From: Mobula hypostoma
Taxonomy: Eukaryota
Length of the DNA stretch: 64,000 bases
NCBI RefSeq assembly: GCF_963921235.1
Contig: NC_086097.1
Location: 124,622,001 to 124,686,000 of the forward strand
Reading direction: 5' to 3'
The position numbers and the translations under genes are program-made. This document shows, one piece after another, positions 13,516-26,755 of the stretch (position 1 is its first letter; each line of letters begins with the position of its first letter). Under the pieces are notes generated by a model. That model worked only from the letters and a program-made list of their open reading frames with translations. It made no database searches and was not told the origin of the DNA.

Positions 13516-16500
13516 AAATGAAATTAACAAGCAAGAAGTAAGGCCACAAATTTATAAACAGTAAGTACCAAGTGAAAATAATTTTTTTTTAAAAGCAGAA
13601 GTGGCTGGCTGCATCAGAAAGATGGTTGTGTTTGATTACACAACAGATAACTAGATGATGAATACTGAACTAAGTGAGCACCATTTTAAAGCAAGTGAAA
13701 TACACTATTAAAAACATGTGTCAGTGTTGTGAAGTACAATGGGTGGAAAGGCATACAGTTTGCTTAGAAGTTTAACTGCTTCAGCCACGCCAGCCAAAAT
13801 GAGCTTTGCTGATAACGTGAAACTAATGCAAGAATATTTAGAACAGAAACAATTGTTGACTGCAGAAGGCATTAGGTTTCCTAAGAAGAATCAAAAGGAA
13901 GGGGAGTCCATTTCAATGTACAAGGCTGAATTGAAGAAGTTGCACAAGCATTGACAGTTCAATGTTGGGTTTGATGATGCACTGAGAGATTGTTTAGTCT
14001 GTAGAATCTTACAAGAAAGCATTCAAAATCAGCTCCTAACTGCAGCACAATTCACATTTAAAAGAGCAGTTAAAATAGCTGTATCAATAGAAACAGCAGA
14101 CAGAGATGCAATTGAGATGCAGCCTGGAATGAAACAAAATTGCAATGTCTAAATAGAAATCTGTCTGGCTGTACAAACTGTGTTACCATTGTGGTTGGGG
14201 CTCATGTGCACAGAACAAGGGTTTAAAGGCAAAACTTGCAGAAGATGCCACAAAGTGGGACACACACTTGGCAGACAAAAATAAGTGGACTGCAGAGAGA
14301 AGAGAAAAAGATAAAAAGTCATGTTCCAGTTTCATGCTGCTGATGAAAAATCTGATAATGATGAGAGTGACACAGGACTGAGTAGCCTTGGGATTTACAA
14401 TGTGAAAACTAACAAGAGACAAGCAATATGGCATACACCAGAAATGAACAGCAAATTAAATAAAAAGGAATTGCACACTGATTTGGCTGTTTCAGTCATT
14501 CCACAAAAATGACTTTCAACTGCACTTGAAGGATACTGAACTGAAGCTTGCAGACATCCAACTAAGAACTTGTACTGGAGAAGAGATAACTCCCGTGGGA
14601 ATGGCACTTGCAATAATGAAATACAACAACCAACAAGCCACACTTGGCCTGCACGAGGTAAAAACAGGAGAGCCAATATTGTGGGGCTGTGATTCGCTGA
14701 AACAACACAACTTGATTGGAGATCCATCTACCATTTACATGCCACATCCCTGCAATAGAGTCAACCGAAAGCAAAGTAAAGAAAGTACTGGATGACGCCA
14801 CAGCAGTGGTCAAGGATGGCACTGGAAAGCTCAAACATATCAAGGGTAAAATAATGTTAAATGAAAATGCCACATCCAAGTTTTACAAAGCCCATCCAAT
14901 TCCTTACACCATGCATGATAAAGTAGCCAGTGAGCTAGATCACATGGCAGCTGAAGGAATTCTTTCCGAGGTTGAGTGGAGCTCATGGGCAACTCCAGTT
15001 GTCCCAGAGGCCAGGATCTGAGGTGACTTTAAGGTCACCATCAACCTGGTACTGAAAGTAGATCAATACCCTCTACCTAGGATAGATGGTATCTTTGCAA
15101 ACCTTTCTGGAAGGAAATATTTCAGCAAAGTGGATTTACCTGAAGCCTGCCTACAGATGGAGATGGAAGAAGAGTCTAATGTGTTTCTCAGCCTAAACAA
15201 GTGCAGAAAGCTTTATCACTATAATAGGCTTATTTCTGAAGTAGAAATCTGCGCCTTGTAAGGCATGGAAATGCCCGACGCAGGCCTCTCATGGTCTGAG
15301 TCAATGTTCCCTCCCCCTTCCCTGAAGTTGCATCTGTACTCGCACTCTGGGAGAAAGCTATGGAGAAGATGCTGCAAAACTGCACAGCATTGGTTACCTG
15401 GATGAAATCATCGTTCCCAGTGACAATGACAAGGAATATCTCCAAAATCTCCAAGGCAGTGTTAAGAAGATTAGAAGATTATGGGCTCAGAACACAATGT
15501 GAAAAGGAAACACCTGAAATCTTTACAGAAGAGGATACTCCTCTGCATGTCTTCTCCCTGAATACAAATCAAATCTCCCTATTACAGCAGAGATGATCCA
15601 CAGGGAAACCAGAAAGACCCCACGCTGCTTCAGGTCTATGTGGCACCCCAAAATAGCTGGAATATGCAGGAGTTCCAGTTCCCCCATATTTACCAGCACT
15701 GAGAGGAACTTGCCCTTGTTGGGGGTTACCTTATTTGGGGATTGAGAGTTGTCATAGCAGTTCAATTGTTGAAGGAGCTATATGCCAGTTATCTAGTCAT
15801 GGTGAAAATGAAAGTGTTGGTTCGAAGTTTTTTCTGGTGGCCTGGGATAGACCAGCAGATCGAGCAGCTCGCCATACACTGTTTGGAATGCCAGCATGTC
15901 TGGAAGATGCCAACAGCAGTGCCTCGCCATCCCTGGGAATGGCCTACATTGCCTGGCACTGGATTCATGTGCTTTTTGCTGGACCATTCATGAGCACAAA
16001 TTTCGTCGTTGTAGTGGATGCAGCTACATGGTGACCAGAAGTGTTCCCAATAGCCTCCACTACAGCCTCACACACTGTTGATGTATTGAGATGTCTCTTC
16101 ACAAGGACTAGTGTTCCAGTACACTTAGTCAGTGACAATGGACCACAGTTTGTTGCAGAACTGTTTTGGTCATTCCTGAAAATGAATGGAATATGACATG
16201 TTACATCTGCATCATGCCACCCAGCTACAAATGCCTTGGTGGAAAGGTTTGTCTAGAGTCTAAAGAACACACTAAGAAATGTCAGCAGAACACACTACAC
16301 TGAATCAGTAGCTCGCCAATGTCAGCCTTGTATATCACAATGCAGCGCACTCCACAACCAACAACTATGCTGTTCCGTGCTCATGCTTGGATCTCCTCAA
16401 ACCCAGTCTCAGAGGGAATATGCAGGATGAGCAGCTGAGACAAACTGGGGGCTCTTCAAACAAGAAGGTTTGAAGTTTCTTTCCAAGATAATTAGTCTGA

Positions 16501-16990
16501 CAAGGGACTACAGAGATTTTCAAAAGTGGGTACTTGGATAGATTTAAGGACAGAACTGGTTTATTCTCCTGTACAGTGATGATTATGCCTTATGTCATCT
16601 GGAGATGACCCATCAATGTACTTGAGGAGAGTCAATTGTTAGAGGAGAAAGGTGGCCAGAGCTGTCAGAACCACTTCCTGCAGTCCCAGGGTCAACTGCT
16701 ACACCCACCATGGAGGGATCCCCAGAACATGAACGTATCACCTGCCAAACAGTTTGATCCGTCCCCCACTCCTTCAGGAAAGACGTTATCCCACAGGAAT
16801 GAGAAACCCTCCACAGCAACTTAATTGTTAGGCCTAAATGGGACAATTTATAACTTACTACGCTGTGGATGTCAATATAGTAGTTGCATCATATGATGTA
16901 CTATGTATATAGTTGAAATGCACTCTGTATTGAGTTGGAGTTTACAGCTAAGAGTAGTCTATTTAATATTTCAATCATATTGTAAATATA

Positions 16991-18590
16991 CAGTGTCTAT
17001 AAAAAGTATTCATCCCCTTGAAGGTTTTCATGTTTTATTGTTTTATAACACTGAATCACAGTGGATTGGATTTAATTTGGCCTTTTTTGACACTGAAGAC
17101 TGTCGTGTCAAAGTGAAAGCAGATCTCCACAATGTGATCTAAATTAATTACAAATGTAAAACGCAAAATAATTGATTGCTGATGTATTCACCCCCTACAA
17201 ATCAGTAGTTTTTAGAGGCACCTTTGGCAGCAATTACAGGCCTCAATCAGCTCTGGACACTGCAGTTTCCCCATTCTTCTTTACAAAACTGCTCAAGCTC
17301 TGTCAGATTGCATGGGGTTCATGGGTGAACAGCCCTTTTCAAGTCCAGCCACAAATTCTCAATTGGATTGAGGTCTGGACTCCAACTTGGCCACTCCAGG
17401 ACATTAACTTTGCTGTTTTTAAGCCAATCCTGGGTAGCTTTGGCTTTATGCTTGGGGTCATTATCTTGCTGGAAACAAATCTTCTCCCAAGTCGCAGTTC
17501 TCTTGCAGACTGCATGAGGTTTTGCTCCAGGATTTCCCTGTACTTTGCTGCATTATTTTACCCTATACCTTCACAAGCTTTCCAGGGCCACGCAGCAGTG
17601 AAGCATCCCCACAGCATGATGCGTCCACCACTGTGCTTCATGGTAGGGATGGTGTATTTTTGATGAGCTGCAGTGTTTGGCTTACCCCAAATATGGTGTT
17701 TAGTCTGATGGGCAAAAAGCTCAATTTTGGTTTCATCGGACCATAGAACCATCTTCCAGCTGACTTCAGAGTCTCCCACAGCCTTCCGGCAAATTCCAAC
17801 TGAGATTTCATGTGAGTTTTTAACCCCCAACAGTGGCTTCCTCTTTGTCACTCTCCCATAAATTGTGACTGGTGAAGTACCCGGGCAACAGTGGTTGTAT
17901 GTGCAATCTCTCCATCTCAGTCACCGAAGCTTGTAACTCCTCCAGAGTTGTCTTAGGTCTCTTGGTGGCCTCCCTCACTATCCCCTTCTGGCATGGTCAC
18001 TACGTTTTTGGGGACTGCCTGCTCTAGGCAGATTTACAGCTGTGCCATATTCTTTCCATTTCTTGATGATTGAATTAACTGTATCCCAAGGGATATTCAG
18101 TGACTTGGAAATTTTCTTGTATCCATCTCCTGACTTGTGCTTTTCAATGACCTTTTTGCGGAGTTGCTTGGAGTGTTCTTTTGTCTTCATGGTGTAGTTT
18201 TTGCCAGGATACTGACTCTCCAGCAACTGGACCTTACAGAGACTGGTGTATTTTTACTACAAACAATTCAAACACCTTGACTGCACACAGGTGATTTCCA
18301 TCTAACTAATTCTTTATCTTCTGAAAACAATTAGCTGCACCAGTGATGATTTGGCATGTCAGGTTAAAGGGGGCGAATACTTATGCAAACAATTATTTTG
18401 TGTTTCATATTTGTAATTAATTTAGATCACTTTGAAGAGATCTGTTTTCACTTTGACACGTAAGAGTCTTTTTCTGTTGATCAATGTTTAAAAAATGCCA
18501 AATTAAATCCACTGTGATTCAATGCTATAAAACGATAAAACATGAAATTTTCCAGGGGTGGGCGGGGGTGAATTCCTTTTATAAGCACTG
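16991..18590 (-). mobile_element. Full-length, 1600-bp Tc1 DNA transposon (pseudogenised) inserted in the Gypsy 3' LTR
   Basis: TA target duplication on both sides; CAGTG termini with about 220-bp TIRs; transposase pieces MKTKEHSKQLRKKVIEKHKSGDGYKKISK and VLWSDETKIELF...KHSGGRIMLWGCF. Confidence 0.95.
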
Positions 18591-18943
18591 TATTGTTTGA
18601 TAAGGATTCTTTGTGTTTACATAATACAGTATTGGTTACATGTAAAAGTTAGGTGAAAGTCATATGTCATTATGCCTCACTGGAAAATAGTAGAAGAAAA
18701 CTAGGTAGTCATGTATCCTAGCACCTGTGTTTTTCTTTCAATTAGTTTCTGGAATTTCAAAACATAATAATGTTTAAAATAAGTTTAATATCTTATCTGA
18801 AAAAAGAGAATTCAAACAATTTAACACTTACTTGGTGTACTGTGTGAGCTCTTTTCCACAGAACCATCAACATCATAAACAGGTGAGTGTGTACATCAAC
18901 AGCAGTAACTTACACCAAAATTACCTTATAATTCCTTCTTCTC

Positions 18944-19130
18944 TGTTTTGTATTTCGTATTTCAGTAATAATTCATTACAGTTTATACGTAAAAGTAAAC
19001 GAATGTCATTATGCCACCGCATCATAAGTGGGGCCACATTAAAAGTAAAAAAGAAGAACACACATTTGTCCCGGTGTCCCTGTGTTTTTCTTCCAATTAG
19101 TTTTGTGTTTTAGAGTTACAAAGTATAACA
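18944..19130 (+). mobile_element. Solo LTR (TG...CA) of the same Gypsy family
   Basis: TG start and ATAACA end; shares blocks with 12020-12209 and 18590-18769. Confidence 0.65.
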
Positions 19131-20496
19131 TTGCCCTTCTTCTACTTCCATTCACCCTACTGGGGAATTAACATTGTCCTTCTCGTTCCATTCACCCCTA
19201 CAGAGAAATTAACATTGTCCTTCTCGTTCCATTCACCCCTACAGAGAAATTAATGTTGTCCTTCTCGTTCCATTCACACCTACTGAGAAATTAACATTGT
19301 CTTTCTCGTTCCATTCACCCCTACAGAGAAATTAACATTGTCCTTCTCGTTCCGTTCACCCCTACTGAGAAATTAATATTGTCCTTCTCGTTCCATTCAC
19401 CCCTACAGAGAAATTAATGTTGTCCTTCTCGTTCCATTCAACCCTACAGAGAAATTAACGTTGTCCTTCTCGTTCCATTCACCCCTACAGAGAAATTAAT
19501 GTTGTCCTTCTCGTTCCATTCACCCCTACTGAGAAATTAACATTGTCCTTCTCGTTCCATTCATCCCTACTGAGAAATTAATGTTGTCCTTCTCGTTCCA
19601 TTCACCCCTACAGAGAAATTAATGTTGTCCTTCTCATTCCATTCACCCCTACTGAGAAATTAACATTGCCCTTCTCGTTCCATTCACCCCTACTGAGAAA
19701 TTAACATTGTCCTTCTCGTTCCATTCACCCCTACTGAGAAATTAACATTGTCTTTCTCGTTCCATTCCTGAGAAATTAACATTGTCCTTCTCGTTCCATT
19801 CACCCCTACAGAGAAATTAACATTGCCATTCTCGTTCCATTCACCCCTACTGAGAAATTAACATTGTCCTTCTCGTTCCATTCACCCCTACTGAGAAATT
19901 AACATTGTCCTTCTCGTTCCATTCACCCCTACTGAGAAATTAACGTTGTCCTTCTCGTTCCATTCACCCCTACTGAGAAATTAACATTGTCTTTCTCGTT
20001 CCATTCCTGAGAAATTAATATTGTCCTTCTCGTTGCATTCACCCCTGCTGAGAAATTAACATCGTCTTTCTCGTTCCCTTCCTGAGAAATTAACATTGTC
20101 CTTCTCGTTCCATTCACCCCTACTGAGAAATTAACATTGTCCTCGTTCCATTCACCCCTACTGAGAAATTAACATTGTCTTTCTCGTTCCATTCACCCCT
20201 ACTGAGAAATTAACATTGTCTTTCTCGTTCCATTCACCCCTACTGAGAAAGTAACATTGTCCTTCTCGTTCCATTCACCCCTACTGAGAAATTAACATTG
20301 TCCTTCTCGTTCCATTCACCCCTACTGGAGAATTAACATTGTCCTTCTTGTTCTATTCACCCCTACTGAGAAATTAACATTGTCCTTCTCGTTCCATTCA
20401 CCCCTACCGGAGAATTAACATTGTCTTTCTTGTTCTATTCACCCCTACTGAAAATTAACATTGTCCTTCTCGTTCCATTCACCCCTACTGGGGAAT
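19126..20496. repeat. 41-bp minisatellite, about 34 copies
   Basis: Unit TTAACATTGTCCTTCTCGTTCCATTCACCCCTACTGAGAAA repeated head to tail, with a few shortened units of about 32 bp. Confidence 0.98.
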
Positions 20497-20979
20497 AGGC
20501 TGCTGACAGCAGCTCACCAGAGACTTCTGTCCTGGGCCAAAGGTTGATTGGCCCTGTGGTTTCCACTTGCCCCACACGACATCATATGTCATCGAGGTGA
20601 AGACCCTTCCTCTGCCAGAGATGCAGTCTTTGGAGCTTCTGTTGGCATTTCCGTAGCTCTGGGTTTTTACGGGATGAGGTTGCCAGCTTCATGCCCAACC
20701 CTCCTCCTTTCACAGTTGAACTTGGCACTGTTCATGGTGGAGTTCTTCCCTTCTTACTTCTAGCTAAATAGCTGGGCAGTCATTGACCCAAAGCAATAGC
20801 TCTGTTTTTAATTCTCTCCACAAACATTACCCAATTTTAGAAGCATTTTCATTCCATGTAGATAGAGCTCCTCCCAACTTCCCTTGAGGGAAGTTTGAAA
20901 CTAGTTAATGATTCAGCCACTGTGAGAGATTGCAAAGGATAAGGTTTCACTGGCAGGCTTGTTAGCACTTGAAAGATTT

Positions 20980-21320
20980 AGAACATAGAAAACCTACAGC
21001 ACAATACAGGCCCTTCGGCCCACAATGCTGTGCCGAACATGTACTTACTTTAAAAATTACCTCGAGTTACCCATAGCCCTCTGTTTTCCTATGCTCCATG
21101 CACCTATGCTCTTAAAAGACCCTATTGTATCCATCTCCACCGCTGCTGTCGGCAGCCCATTCCACGCACTCAGCACTCTGCATGAAAAACTTACCCCTGA
21201 CATCTCCTCTGTACCTACTTCCAAGCACCTTAAAACTGTGTCCTCTCGTATTAGCCATTTCAGCCTTGGGGGAAAGCCTCTGACTATCCACACGATCAAT
21301 GCCTCTCATCATTTGTTACC
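20980..21320 (-). mobile_element. CR1 3' end
   Basis: MRGIDRVDSQRL...TRGHSFKV and tail. Confidence 0.85.
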
Positions 21321-23749
21321 ATGATATTAGTAGCATGTTATAAACTGTCCAAGACATCAGAAACAGCTTTCTTATTCTTCATCAAAATATTGCTAGAGGA
21401 TCTTTGAAATCCACCTATGACAGCAGATTAGATGCATTAACATCTTAACTGGAAGATGGAAATCTAATAGTGCTGCATGTCTAGTTACAGTAGGTAATGG
21501 GTTCAAGGCTCCAAGGTACAACTTAAAACCACCATCTCACAAATTAGATAAGAGTGTTAACAACTGAACCATGGCTAACAAAGTTGATTGAAAGATACAC
21601 AGGGTAAAGAAAATCAATTTATCGGCGTTTCCCAAAATGTAACATTACACCTCATTGAATAAACTGAACCTGTATGAATTATTTTGCTTACCTTTTTGAG
21701 ATCACTTGCTAATTGTGTTTGAAGAGCTACCAGGAGGTATTTTTGAAGTCCCTCTATATCTATTTGCATCCATGTCACTGGAACCTTTTGTCCAAGTATC
21801 TTTGGACTGCCTTTTAGAACATAGAACATTACCAGCTTAGTAGATGGGAGGTGATGGGGTGCTAAGTTCATATGAAGAAAGCTCTCCCGGTTCAGATGTC
21901 AGGAAAGCCTAAACTTGACAATATTGTGCTGTCTGTAAGGAGTTTGTACATTCTCCCCATGACACTGTAGGTTTCCCCCAGTTGCTCCAGTTTCCTCCCA
22001 CATTCCAAAGACGGATGGGTTAGGGTTAGTACGTTGTGGCTATGCTATGTCAGAAGCATGGCAACACTTGACAGCTTCCTCCAGCACATCCTCAGACTGT
22101 TGCTCATTGACGCAAAAAGACGCATGTCACTGTATGTTTCGATGTACATGTGACAAATAAAGCTAATCTTTCAACTTTAAACACAGAACACAACAGCACA
22201 ATACAGGCCCTTCAGACTATGATGTCCTGCTGACCCCGTAACCTACTCCAAGATCAATCTAACCGGCTCTCCCACATCGACCCCCATTTTTCTTTCATCC
22301 GTGTGCCTATGAGTCTCTGCCTCTTATCTCCACTTCTGGCAGTACATTCCACACATCCACCGCTCTGTGTGAGATACCCACCTCCGATCTCTCTCCTGTA
22401 CTTTACTCCAGTCACCATAAAATTATTCCTTATTATATTATCCATCGCCACCCCAGTGGAAAAAACGTGCTGGCCGTCCACTCGGCCTGTGTCTCATCAT
22501 CTTGTACACTCGGTCCAGTCACCTCTCATCTTCCCTGGTTTTCCCTGGGGCTCACTCAGCCTGTCCCCATACGACATGGTCTCTCACAGAGTCAGAGAAC
22601 ACTACATCACAGAAACAGTCCCCTCAGCCCAGATAGTCTGTGCCGAACTGTTATTCTGCTGAGTCTCATCGACCTGCAGTTGGACTGTACCCCTCCTGTC
22701 CATATCCAAAACTTCTCTTAAAGTTTGAAATTGAACCCACGTCCACCACTTCCACTGGCAGCTTCTTCCACACTCACACCACCCTGGGAGTGAAGATCCC
22801 CCTCATGTTCCCCTTAGCTATTGCACTATTCATCCTTAACCTATGACCACGGATGGTATAGGATTTGTGCTCTCCATTGAATTTCCCGGTTAGTTTATCA
22901 ACCTCAGCAAGGTTGATTTGAATGAAACCATGGTCTCTGGCACCAATAATTCAGTTGCTAGCGGAGCATTTGCATGGAACATGAAGGTCAATAAGTTCTC
23001 CTGCGTCGTTCTGCCTGTTGGATTTAGTTCAGTAGGAGAACGTTTATTCATTTGTCTTCATGACCTGCACCCAATTGGGCGACTGCGAAGTGAGGCCATC
23101 ACGATAATGTAGCAGTTAGCGGAATACTTCACAGAGTCAGCAACCCAGGTTCAATCCCCGCCACTGTCTGTAACGGTTTGCACATTCTCCCTCCCATAGT
23201 GTGGCTTTCCTCCAGGTGCTTCAGCCTGACCGGGCCTGTTACCATGCTGGATCTCTAAATAAAGATATAAATCAGGCACTTGTAACTCAGGGAGGACCTG
23301 CACATGCAAATTCTTTGCCCGCTCAGCAACTCTTGCTCGCCTTTTCCAATTCAAGGATGCATGCTTAGCCATTGCTGTGCTCCCTCTCCCTATACCCATG
23401 TTGGTGTGGCTTGGCACAGCGTAAACACTATCTATTGATTCACCGGTGACACAGCTGCTGTTGGCAGAATCTCAGATGGCAAAGAGGCAGAGTACAGGAG
23501 TGACACACGTCAGATGGTGAAGTGGTCTTGCAACAACAACCTTGCACTCAACGTCAGTAAGACCAATCCCATACTTCGAGAAGGGAACACACACCAGTTC
23601 TCATTGAGAAGGGGTAGTCGAGGGAACACACACCAGTTCTAGAAAGGTCAGCATTGGAAAAGGTGAGCAGTTTCGAGTTCCTGGGTGTCAACATCGCTGA
23701 AGATCTGTCCTTGTCCCAACATATTATATATTATGAAGAAAACATGCCA

Positions 23750-24460
23750 GTGCATTCCCTTTATCTATCCTACTTATAAGCTCCTCAAAGAATTCCAACG
23801 TTTGTCAAGCAAGATTTTCCCTTAAAGAAACCATGCTGACTTTGTCCTATCTGGTAATGTGTCACCAAGTACTCCATAACCTCACCCTTTACAATTGACT
23901 CCAACATCTTCCCAACCATTGAAGTCAGGCTAACTGGTCTATAATTTCCTTTCTGCTGCCTCCCTCCTTTCTTAAAGAGTGGTGATATTTGCAATTTTCC
24001 AGTTCTCCAGAACCATGCCAGAGTCCAATGATTTTTGAAAGATCATTACTAATGCCTCCACAATCTCTACCGCTACCTCTTTTAGAACCCTAGGGTGCAG
24101 TTCATGTGGTCTGGGTGATTTACATAACTTTAGGCTTTTCAGCTTCTCCCTTGTAATAGTAACTGCACTCATTTCTCTTCCCTCACACCTTTCAACACCT
24201 GACACACTGCTAGCGTCTTCCACAGTGAAGACTGATGGAAAATACTCATTTAGTTCATCTGCCATCTCCTTATTCCCCGTCATTATTTCTCTTCACTCAT
24301 TTTCAAGTGGTTCTATATCCACTCTCACCTCTATGTTATTCTTCATATACTTGAAAAAGCTTTTTCTATCCACCTTAATATTATTTGTTAGCTTGCTTTC
24401 ACTATTTTATCTTTTCCCTCCTAATGGTTCTTTTGGTTGCTCTCTGTAGGGTTTTTAAAA
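23750..24460 (-). mobile_element. CR1 ORF2 fragment
   Basis: LNEYFPSVFT, HPRVLKE and NYRPVSLTSMVGK motifs. Confidence 0.85.
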
Positions 24461-24829
24461 GGCCATCCAGTCCGTTACAGTCTGTTTTTCCATCTAATCC
24501 CATTTCCCTCACTGGGGCCATACCCCTCCATACCCCTCCCATACCCCTCCATACCCCTCCCATCCATCTACCAATCCAAACTTCCCTTAAGTGCTACAAT
24601 TGAATCTACATCCACCACTTCCGCTCGTCCCACACTTGCACCACCCTCTGGGTGAAGAAGATCCCCCCTTCAGTACTTCACCTTTGACCTTAAACCTATG
24701 ACCTCTAGTACTACACCCATTCTGAGGGGAAACCCTGTGTCACTTACCCTGTCTGCATCCCACATCATTTTGGTACACCTCTCTCTGTGCTCCAGGGAAT
24801 AAACTCCTAACCTACTCAACTTATCCCTG

Positions 24830-25840
24830 TCAATAAATTCTCTGATGACTCGGCAATAGTAGGGTGTATAAAGGGAGGGTGAAAGGATGAATACAGTGCC
24901 CAGGTGGAAGACTTTGTCAAATGGTGCAAGCTGAATCATCTGCAGCTCAACATCGGTAACACAAAGGAGATGGTGACAGACTTTAGGAAGACCAACACTG
25001 CAATGCTCCCAGTTACTATTGGCGGGGAGGATGTGGATGTGGTGAGGACCCACAAGTACCTGGGGGTGCCCCTGGATGACAGACTTGAGTGGATCATCAA
25101 CACAGAGGCTGTGCACAAGAAGGGCCAAAGTCACCTCTACTTCCTGAGGAGACTGAGGTCCTTTGGTATATGCAGGCCTCTCCTTCATATGTTCTATCTG
25201 TCTGTTGTTTATGCAGTGGTGTGCTGGGGCAATGGCATCAACATGGGTGATGTCAACAGGCTCAAAAAACTGGCTTTGTTATTAGAGTCAAACTGGACGC
25301 ACTGGAGGCTATGGTAGAACTAAGGACTCCAAGGAAAACCCTGGATATTCTGGACAATGTTTCTCACCCTCTGCATGCCACCTTGGTTGAACAGAGAAGC
25401 ACTTTCAGTAATAGACTAAGACAACTGCACCGCTCCAAGGAGCGTTATATGAGGTCGTTCTTATGCTCAGCTATTAGGCTCTATAATGAGTCAACCTATA
25501 GCCAGGGAAGTGATGACCCCCTCCTGTTAGACTGTTATTAATCTCTGTTTACCAGAGCTCTGTTCTGTTTGCCACACCCTGCTATCACGGACACCTTGTG
25601 CAAAACTGTGCAATACTACCAATACTGCAGTGTGGACGTGCACCATTACTGTATAATATTACAGTAGTTCTTGCACTACCGTCTTTTCTGTGTGAACTTG
25701 GAAATCTTGGAAATCTTATTTTTAAGGTAACTTAATGTTCATTCTTCTTACTTCTCTGATAATATTTGTATATCTGTGCTCTTGTAATGCTACTGTGACA
25801 CTGTAGTTCCCTTTGGGATCAATAAAGTATCCATCTAAAT
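24830..25840 (+). mobile_element. Rex1/Babar-like LINE 3' fragment
   Basis: KFSDDSAIVG...WCKLNHLQLN...TKEMVTDFRK...LYFLRRLRSF; AATAAA tail. Confidence 0.8.
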
Positions 25841-26054
25841 CTGAATGTGAATCTGAAATATTACTCCCATGTGTTATTCCTGCCACATTTACATTAACTG
25901 AGTCCTTGATGGAGACTATTGATGGAGAGGATGTGGATGTAGTAAGGACTTACAAGTACCTAGATGACAGACTTGAGTGAAGCACCAACACAGAGGTCTC
26001 GGCCCGAAACGTCAACTGTACTCTTTTCCATAGAGGCGGCCTGGCTTGCTGAGT

Positions 26055-26755
26055 TAGAAACATAGAAAACCTACAGCACAATACATGCCCTTCGGCTCAC
26101 AAAGTTGTTCTGAACATGTCTCTACCTTAGAAATTACCTAGGGTTACCCATAGCCCTCTACTTTTCTAAGCTCCATGTACCTATCCAAAAGTCTCTTAAA
26201 AGACCCTATCATATCTGCCTCCACCACCGTTGCCAGCAGCCCATTCCATACACTCACCACTCTCTGAGTAAAAAACTTACCCCTGACATCTCCTCTGTAC
26301 CTACTCCCCAGCACCTTAAACCTGTACCGTCTTATGGCAGCCATTTCAGCCCTGGGAAAAAGCCTCTGACTATCCACACGATCAATGCCTCTCATCATCT
26401 TGTACACCTCTATCAGGTCACCTCTCATCCTCTGCGCTCCAAGGAGAAAAGGCCGAGTTCACTCAACCAGTTTTCATAAGGCATGCTCCCCAATCCAGGC
26501 AATAAACTTGTAAATCTCCTCTGCACCCTTTCTATGGTTTCCACATCCTTCCTGTAGTCAGGTGACCAGAACTGAACACAGTACTGGGGTCAGACCAGGG
26601 TCCTATATAGCTGCAACGTTACCTCTCGGCTCCTGAATTCAATTCCACGATTGATGAAGGCCAATGCACCGTACGCCTTCTTAACCACAGAGTCAACCTG
26701 CGCAGCTGCTTTGAGCGTCCTATGGACTCGGACCCCAAGATCCCTCTGATCCTCA
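26055..26755 (-). mobile_element. CR1 3' fragment
   Basis: QRDLGVRVH and MRGDLIEVYKMMRGIDRVD motifs. Confidence 0.9.

Larger units (their letters stand above)
11655..18769 (+). mobile_element. Decayed Gypsy LTR retrotransposon with nested Rex1-like, CR1 and Tc1 insertions
   Basis: 5' LTR ends AAACATAACA at 12209, followed by a primer-binding-site-like TGGTGATGA. Gag GGKAYSLLRSL...QKEGESI and a CYHCG knuckle; protease-like LHTDLAVSVI; RT WATPVVP and YPLPRID; integrase WWPGIDQQIEQ...CLECQ and VSDNGPQF. Matching 3' LTR at about 16945-18769. Many stops. Confidence 0.9.

Noticed and set aside
19126..20496. CRISPR-like regular array
   Set aside because: No unique spacers, no cas genes and a vertebrate context; it is a plain tandem repeat.
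21692..21810. AG...GTAAG-bounded 115/119-nt segment with GLQKYLL as exon 3
   Set aside because: The phase-0 frames contain stops; the open frame has the wrong phase and lacks PX motifs.
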